Shown here: positions 57,446 to 64,000 of the stretch, in pieces | Layout of the letters: the number at the start of each line of letters is the position of its first letter | Position numbering within the stretch: the first letter of the stretch is position 1 | Source of the DNA: the human T2T-CHM13v2.0 reference genome, Homo sapiens | DNA: 64,000 nt | Strand: one strand, 5' to 3' | Assembly: GCF_009914755.1 (NCBI RefSeq) | Contig: NC_060929.1 | The notes under the pieces: generated by a model | What the model was told of the DNA's origin: nothing | Seen by the model: the letters and a program-made list of their open reading frames with translations, nothing else | The model's database searches: none | Translations under genes and position numbers: made by a program

Positions 57446-60055
57446 TGACATGGTTTTGCTGTGTCCCCACCCAAAGCTCATCTTGAATTGTAGCTCCTAC
57501 AATTCCCACGTGTTGTGGGAGGAAACTGGTGGGAGGTAATTGCATCATCTGGGCAATTTCACCCATACTGTTCTCATGATAGTAAATAAGTCTCACAAGA
57601 TCTGATGGTTTTATAAGTGGAGTTTCCCTGCAAAAGATTTTTCTTTGCTTGCTACCATCTATGTAAGACATGACTTTGGTCCTCCTTGTCTTCCAACATG
57701 ATTGTGAGGCTTCACCAGGCATGTGGAACTGTGAGTCAATTAAATCTCTTTCCTTTCTAAATTATCCAGTCTCAGATATGTCTTTTTCAGCAGTGTGAAA
57801 ACGGACTGATACAGTAACTTGGTATTGGTAGAGTGGGGCACTTCTGTAAAAATACTTGAAAATGTGGAAGTGACTTTGGAACTGGGTAAGAGGCAGGGGA
57901 TAGAACATTTTGGAGGGCTAAGAAGAAGACAGGAAAATGTGGGAAAGGTTAGAACTTCCTAGAGACTTGTTGAATGAATTTACTCAAAATGCTTATAGCA
58001 ATATGGACAATAAAGTCCGGGCTGAGGTGAACTCAGATGGAAATGAGGAACTCGTTGGGAACTGGAGCAAAGGTGACTCTTGTTAGTTGTAGCAAAGAGA
58101 CTGGCAGCATTTTGTCCCTGCCACAGAGATTTGTGGAACTTTAAACTTGAGAGAGATGATTTGGGGTATCTAGCAGAAATTTCTAAGCAGCAAAGCATTC
58201 AAGAGGTTACTTGGGTGCTGTTAAAGGCATTCAGTTTTATAAGGGAGCATAAAAGTTTGAAAAATATGCAGCCTGACAATGTGATAGGAAAGAAAATATC
58301 ATTTTTCTGAGGAGAAATTCAAGCCAGCTGCAGAAATTTGCATAAGTAAACATGAACTGAATGTTAATCACCAAGACAATGGGGAAAATGTCTCCAGGGC
58401 ATATCAGAGGTCTTCACAGCAGCCCCTCCCATCAAAGGTTCTGATGCCTAGGAGGAAAAAATGGTTTCCTGGGCCTGGGCCCAGGGTCCTCTGGCTGTGT
58501 GAAGCCTAGGGACTTGGTGCCCTGCATCCCAGCTGCTCAAGCCATGGCTGAAAGAAGTCAATGTAGAACTTAGGTCGTGGCTTCAGAGGATGCAAGCCCC
58601 AAGCCTTGGCAGCTTCCATGTGGTGTTGAGCCTGTGAGTGCACCGAAGTCAAGAATTGGGGTTTGGGAACCTCTGCCTAGACTTCAGATGACGTATGGAA
58701 ATACCTGGATGCCCAGCCAGAAGTTTGCTGCAGGGGCAGGGCCCTCATGGAGAACCTCTGCTAGGGCAGTGCAGAAGTGAATAGTGGGGTTGGAGCCCCC
58801 ACACAGAGTCCCTACTGGGGCACTGCCTAGTGGAGCTATGAGAAGAAGGCCATCATCCTCCAGGCCCCAGAATGGTATATCCACTGACATCTTGCATCGT
58901 GCACCTGGAAAAGCCACAGACACTCAATACCAGCCCATGAAAGTAGCCAAGAGGGAGGCTGTACCCTGCAAAGCCACAGGGGTGAAGCTGCCCAACATCA
59001 TGGGAACCCACCTCTTGTATCAGCGTGACCTGGATGTGAGACATGGAGTCAAAGGAGACCATTTTGTTAAGATTTGACTTACCCTGTCAAATCTTCGGTA
59101 AGATTTGACTTACCCTGTCAAATCTTCGGTAAGATTTGACTTACCCTGTCAAATCTTCGGTAAGATTTGACTTACCCTGTCAAATCTTCGGTAAGATTTG
59201 ACTTACCCTGTCAAATCTTCGGTAAGATTTGACTTACCCTGTCAAATCTTCGGTAAGATTTGACTTACCCTGTCAAATCTTCGGTAAGATTTGACTTACC
59301 CTGTCAAATCTTCGGTAAGATTTGACTTACCCTGTAAGATTTGGTTGCCCTGCTGGATTTCAGACTTGTAGGGGGCCTGTACCCTCTTTGTTTTGGCCAA
59401 TTTCCCCCATTTGGCATGGGTGTATTTACCCAATGCCTGCACCTCCATTGTATCTTGGAAGTAACTAATTTGCTTTTGATTTTACAGGCTCATAGGTGGA
59501 AGGGACTTGCCTTGTCTCAGATGAGATGTTGGACTGTGAACTTTTGAGTTAATGCTGAAATGACTAATTGAGTCATGACTTTTGAGTTAATGCTGAAATG
59601 ACTTAAGACTTTGAGGGACTGTTGGGAAGGCATGGTTGGTTTTGAAATGTGAAGACATGAGATTTGGGAGGGGACAGGGGCAAAATGATATGCTTTAGCT
59701 CTTTCCACACTCAAATGTCATCTTGAATCGCAGCTCCCACAATTCCCACGTGTTGTGGGAGGAATCTGGTGGGAAGTAATTGAATCATGGAGGCAGGGCT
59801 TTCCAGTGCTGTTCTCATGATTGTGAATAAGTGTCATGAGATCTGATGGTTCTATAAGGGGGAGTTTCCCTGTACAAGCTCTCTCTTTGCCTGCTGCCAT
59901 CCATGTAAGATGTGACTTTGCTCCCCCTTGCCTCCTGCCATGATTGTGAGGCCACCCCAGTCATATTGAACTGTGAGTCAATTAAACCTCTCTCCTTTCT
60001 AAATTACCCAGTCTCAGGTATATCTTTATCAGCAGTGTGAAAATGGACTAATACA
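57446..60055 (+). mobile_element. Complete THE1 (A/B-like) MaLR element: 5' LTR 57446-57813, internal 57814-59685, 3' LTR 59686-60055
   Basis: Two ~370-bp TG..CA LTRs, THE1-int sequence, polypurine tract before the 3' LTR, 5-bp TSD AAAGG/ACAGG. Confidence 0.96.
59068..59334. repeat. 31-bp minisatellite (TAAGATTTGACTTACCCTGTCAAATCTTCGG), 8 perfect copies plus 19 bp
   Basis: Direct reading; units start at 59068, 59099, 59130, 59161, 59192, 59223, 59254, 59285 and 59316 (partial). Confidence 0.99.
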
Positions 60056-60056
60056 A

Positions 60057-62737
60057 CAGGCATACCTCAAAGATACTGCACGTTTGTTTCCAGAACACAG
60101 TAATAAAGCAAACGTTGTAATAAAGCAAGATGCACAAACTTTTTGGCTTCTCATTGCATATAAATTTATGTTTACATTACACTGCAGTCTATTAAAAGTC
60201 ATAGCACTACATCTTAAAAAACATATATACCTTAATTTAAAAATACTTTAATGTGGCTAGGCGTGGTGGCTCAAGCCCGTAATCCCAGCACTTTGGGAGG
60301 CCGAGGTGGACAGATCACGAGGTCAGGAGATTGAGACCATTCTGGCTAACACGGTGAAACCTGGTCTTTAATTTTTTGTACTAAAAATACAAAAAATTAG
60401 CCAGGCGTGGTGGCAGGCGCCTGTAGTCCCAGTTACTCAGGAGGCTGAGGCAGGAGAATGGCGTGAACCCGGGAGGCAGAGCTTGCAGTGAGCCGAGATT
60501 GTGCCACTGCACTCCAGCCTGGGCGACAGAGCGAGACTCCATCTCAAAAAAAAAAAAATACTTTAATGCTAAAACATCATAACAATCATCTGCGCCTTCA
60601 GGGATCCATAATCTCTTTGCTGGTGGAGAGTCTTGCCTTCGTATTGATGGCTGCTGACTAACAATGGTGATGGTTGCTGAATGTTGGGGTGGCTGTGGCA
60701 ATTTCTTAAAATATAACAACAATTAATTTGGTACATTAATAGACTCTTCCTTTCCTGAAAGATTTGTCTATAGTATATGATGCTGTTTGATAGCATTTTA
60801 CTCACAGTAGAAATTCTTTCGAAATTGGAGTCAATCCTCTTAACCACTCCTGCTTCTTTATCAAATAAGTTTCCAAAATATTCTAAATTATTTGTTGTCA
60901 TATCAGCAATATTCACAGTACCTTCACCAAGAGCAGGTTTAATCTCAAAAAACCATTTTTTTTTCTCATTGAAAAGAAGCAATTCTTGAGCCATTCAAGT
61001 TTGACTGTGAGATTGTAGCAATTAAGTCACATATTCAAGCTCCACTTACAATTCTACTTTTCTTGCTGTTTCCATCACATCTGCCATTACTTCCTTCAGT
61101 GAAGTCTTGAACTCCTCAAAATCATCCATGAGGGTTGGAATCAACTTCTTCCAAATGCCTTTTAATGCTGACATGTTACCATCCTCCCATGAATTACAAA
61201 TATTCTTAATGGCATCTAGAATGGTGAATTATTTCCAGAAGGTTTTCAACTTACTTTGCCAGGATCCATCAGAGTAACCACTGTCTACAGCAGCTAGAGC
61301 CTTATGAAATGTATTTCCTGGAAAATAAGACTTGAAAGTCAAAATTACAACTTGATTTTTGGGCTGCAGAGTAGATATTGTGTTAACAGCCATGAAAACA
61401 ACATTAATCTTGTATATCTTCATCAATGTTCTTGAGTGACCAGGTGCATTGTCAATGAACAGTAATATTTTGAAATAAATCTTTTATTCTGAACAGTAGA
61501 TCTCAACATGGGCTTAAAATATTCAGTGAACCATGCTGTAAATAGATGTGCTGTCATCCTGGCTTTGTTATTCTCTTTCTGGGGGCACAGGCAGAGTAAA
61601 TTTAGCAAAATCCTTAAGTCCCCTAGGATGTCCAGAATAGTAAATAAGCATTGGCTTCAATTAAAGTAATCAGCTGCATTAGCCCCTAACAAGAGGGTTA
61701 GCCTGTTTTTTGAAGCATTGAAGTTAGGCATTGACTTTTCTTTCACTATGAAAGTCCTTGATGACATCTCTCATTACAAGGCTTTGTCTACATTGACAAT
61801 CTGTTATTTAGTGCAGCTACCTTCATCAATTATCTCAGTTAAATCTTCTGGATAACTTGCAGCAGCTTCTACATCAGCACTTGCTGCTTCACCTTGCACT
61901 TTTATGTTATAGAGATGGCTCCTTTCTTTAAACCTCATGAACCAGCATCTGTTAGCTTCCAACTTTTCTTCTGCAGCTTCCTCATAGAATTGAAGGGATT
62001 TAGGGCTTTACCCTGGATTAAGCTTTGTCTAAAGGGAATGTTGTGGCTGGTCTGATCTTTTATTCAGACCACTCAGACTTTCTTCATATCGGCAATAAGG
62101 CTGTTTTGCTTTATTGTCATTCAGGTCTTCACTGGAATAGTACTTTTAATTTCCTTCAAGAACTTTTACTTTGAATTCACAGCTTTGTTGTTTGACACAA
62201 GAGGGCTAGCTTTTGGCCCAACTTTATTTTTGAAATGCCTTCCTCACTAAGTTTAATAATTTTTAGCTTTTCATTTAAAGTGAGAGATACGAAAAACTTC
62301 CTTTACATGAATACTTACAAGTCATGGTAGGGAGTTTAATCAGCCTAATTTTAATACTGTTTTCTCAGGGAATAGAGATGCTTCAGGAGAGAGAGAAAGA
62401 TGGAGAAGGACCAGTCAGTGGAACAGTCAGAACACACACAACATTTATCAGTTAAGGTTGTGGTCTTATATAAGTGTCATTTGTGGTGCCTCAAAACCAT
62501 TAGAATAGCAACATTAAAATAATCATTGATCACAAGTCACCATCAACAGATATAATAATAATAATTATATATAGTTGAAGTTTAAATATTGTGAGAATTC
62601 CCAAAATATGACACAGAGGCACAATGTGAGTACTTGGTGTTGGAAAATGTTTCTGATGAACTTGCTCAATGCAGGATTGTCACAAACCATCAATTTGTAA
62701 AAACAAACAAAAATCTCAATGCAACAACATATGCCTG
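60057..62737 (-). mobile_element. Near-full-length Tigger1 with decayed transposase
   Basis: CAGGCATACCTC..TATGCCTG|TA TIRs; ~2.4 kb without the Alu; ORF fragments 60569-60994, 61229-61426 and 61423-61608 resemble pogo-type transposase (NNKARMTAHLFTAWFTEYFKP; KLKTFWK). Confidence 0.93.
60256..60558 (+). mobile_element. AluY nested in Tigger1
   Basis: GGCTAACACGGTG, GAATGGCGTGAACCC and GAGCTTGCAG diagnostics; TSD AAAAATACTTTAATG. Confidence 0.95.
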
Positions 62738-62892
62738 TATTAAAAGCCCTAGCATTTGAGATTTCTTAGAATATGTGCTTTATCTTAAAGACACTATTTT
62801 CCAAATACATTGGCTTATATGCTGGTTAGGGATTGAATTAGAAATCATATAAATAATAAATTTATTTTTCAGATACAAAATTCAGTTAACTA

Positions 62893-63284
62893 TAGACAGC
62901 TTCCAACTTACCTACGGCTCATCTTATGATTTTTCAACATTGCAATGGTGTGAAAATGATACACATTCAGTAGAGGCCATACTTTGAATTTTGAATTTTG
63001 ATCTTTTATAGTACTAGTGGTATGTGGCAGAATACTCTTTTGAAATTCTGGGCAGTAGCAGCAAACCACAGCTCCCAGTCAGCCACAGGATCACAAGGCT
63101 CAACAATGATATTCAAAAATGTACTGGGTTGCCCAAGATATTTGAATATTGTGTTTAAATGTTCATCATGTCTACAAAATGCCCATTCATCATGTCTACA
63201 AAATGCCTATTTTTGACTTACGATATTTTCAACTTACACTATGTGTATGGGGACATAACCCCACTGTAAGCTGAGGAGCATTTG
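62893..63284 (-). mobile_element. MER47-like (Tigger5) MITE
   Basis: GACTTACGATATTTTCAACTTAC..GGGACATAACCCC..GTAAGCTGAGGAGCATTTG|TA end. Confidence 0.75.
63162..63207. repeat. 22-bp direct duplication (period 24)
   Basis: TTCATCATGTCTACAAAATGCC x2. Confidence 0.95.
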
Positions 63285-63924
63285 TATTTAGAAGACAGTG
63301 AAATGTCATGTATTTATCTTCTGTTTTAAAATATTATATCTTGTTATATTTACCTACTCCTGTGAGCAAAATTGACTTAGCGTAGGGTTCTATAAAATTA
63401 ATATATGAGTACATGTATATTACAACAAGATCAAAACCTCAGTTTCCAGATAAGTAAAGTTATCTTAATGCTGGGTACCAGAGTTAACTATCACATTGAG
63501 TTTTATTTTTCCAGCTGTGTAAAGTCTGGTTTTAGAACGCAAGTTAATGAACATTTCTGCCTTCACATTAAAAAAAGTGTGTTAGCCAATAGTTAAATTC
63601 TGTAATACTGTTATTAAGACCCCTTCTCTATACTTCTAAATTAAAGAAAAAAATGCTAAATGGAAATTATTACAATAAATGGTTAGATTTTAATTATGTA
63701 AATAATTTGTCTTCGCTGTTAGAATTTTATATTAATATTGTCAAAAAAATGAAATCAGAGAAAATGATAAACAATTATGTTTTCAACCTTCCAAATTCTT
63801 TATTTGTAAATTATACATCCTTTGATATAGATAACAATGTGACAGTATCTATATAATATTGGAATATCCAGGTGAAAATTTAAAATTGTAGATATGATAG
63901 ACATATTATTTTTAATCTAACATT

Positions 63925-64000
63925 GTAATATATAATACATTATATTATACTTTATATATCTTATATATAGTATATAATGTATAATATAATATTATATATA
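63925..64000. repeat. TA-rich low complexity
   Basis: Direct reading. Confidence 0.85.

Noticed and set aside
59093-59098. C(UUCG)G stable tetraloop in each array unit
   Set aside because: The stem does not extend beyond the closing C-G pair (T-T mismatch); the 10-bp stems dominate
59068-59334. CRISPR-like array (31-bp palindromic repeats)
   Set aside because: Repeats are head-to-tail with no unique spacers, there are no cas genes, the context is primate DNA and the unit derives from the flanking THE1 sequence
57980-59900. ORFs in the THE1 internal region
   Set aside because: Broken remnants of the MaLR internal sequence; none is intact
60381-61608. Tigger transposase ORFs as a domesticated TIGD-like gene
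   Set aside because: Fragmented by stops and frameshifts; an ordinary decayed Tigger1

Overview
AT-rich, CpG-poor primate genomic DNA, probably human given an AluYa4/Ya5-lineage element. It looks intronic or intergenic, and I cannot support any protein-coding gene. The listed ORFs are Alu, L1, LTR or Tigger1 remnants, or chance short ORFs. Much of the window is transposon-derived: about 12 Alus, many L1/L2/MIR fragments, solo LTRs (MST, MLT1, MLT2, MER9, MER52, LTR16/33-like), a complete THE1 element (LTR-internal-LTR), a near-full-length Tigger1, two inverted Tigger3b copies and several hAT/Tigger MITEs. Repeat family names come from recalled consensus sequences, not a database search. The most unusual signal is a perfect 8.6-copy array of a 31-bp self-complementary unit (59068-59334) inside the old THE1 internal region. 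Each unit has two competing inverted repeats, a retained CpG and splice-donor-like motifs on both strands. Two more fold-back templated insertions lie within 1.3 kb of it.
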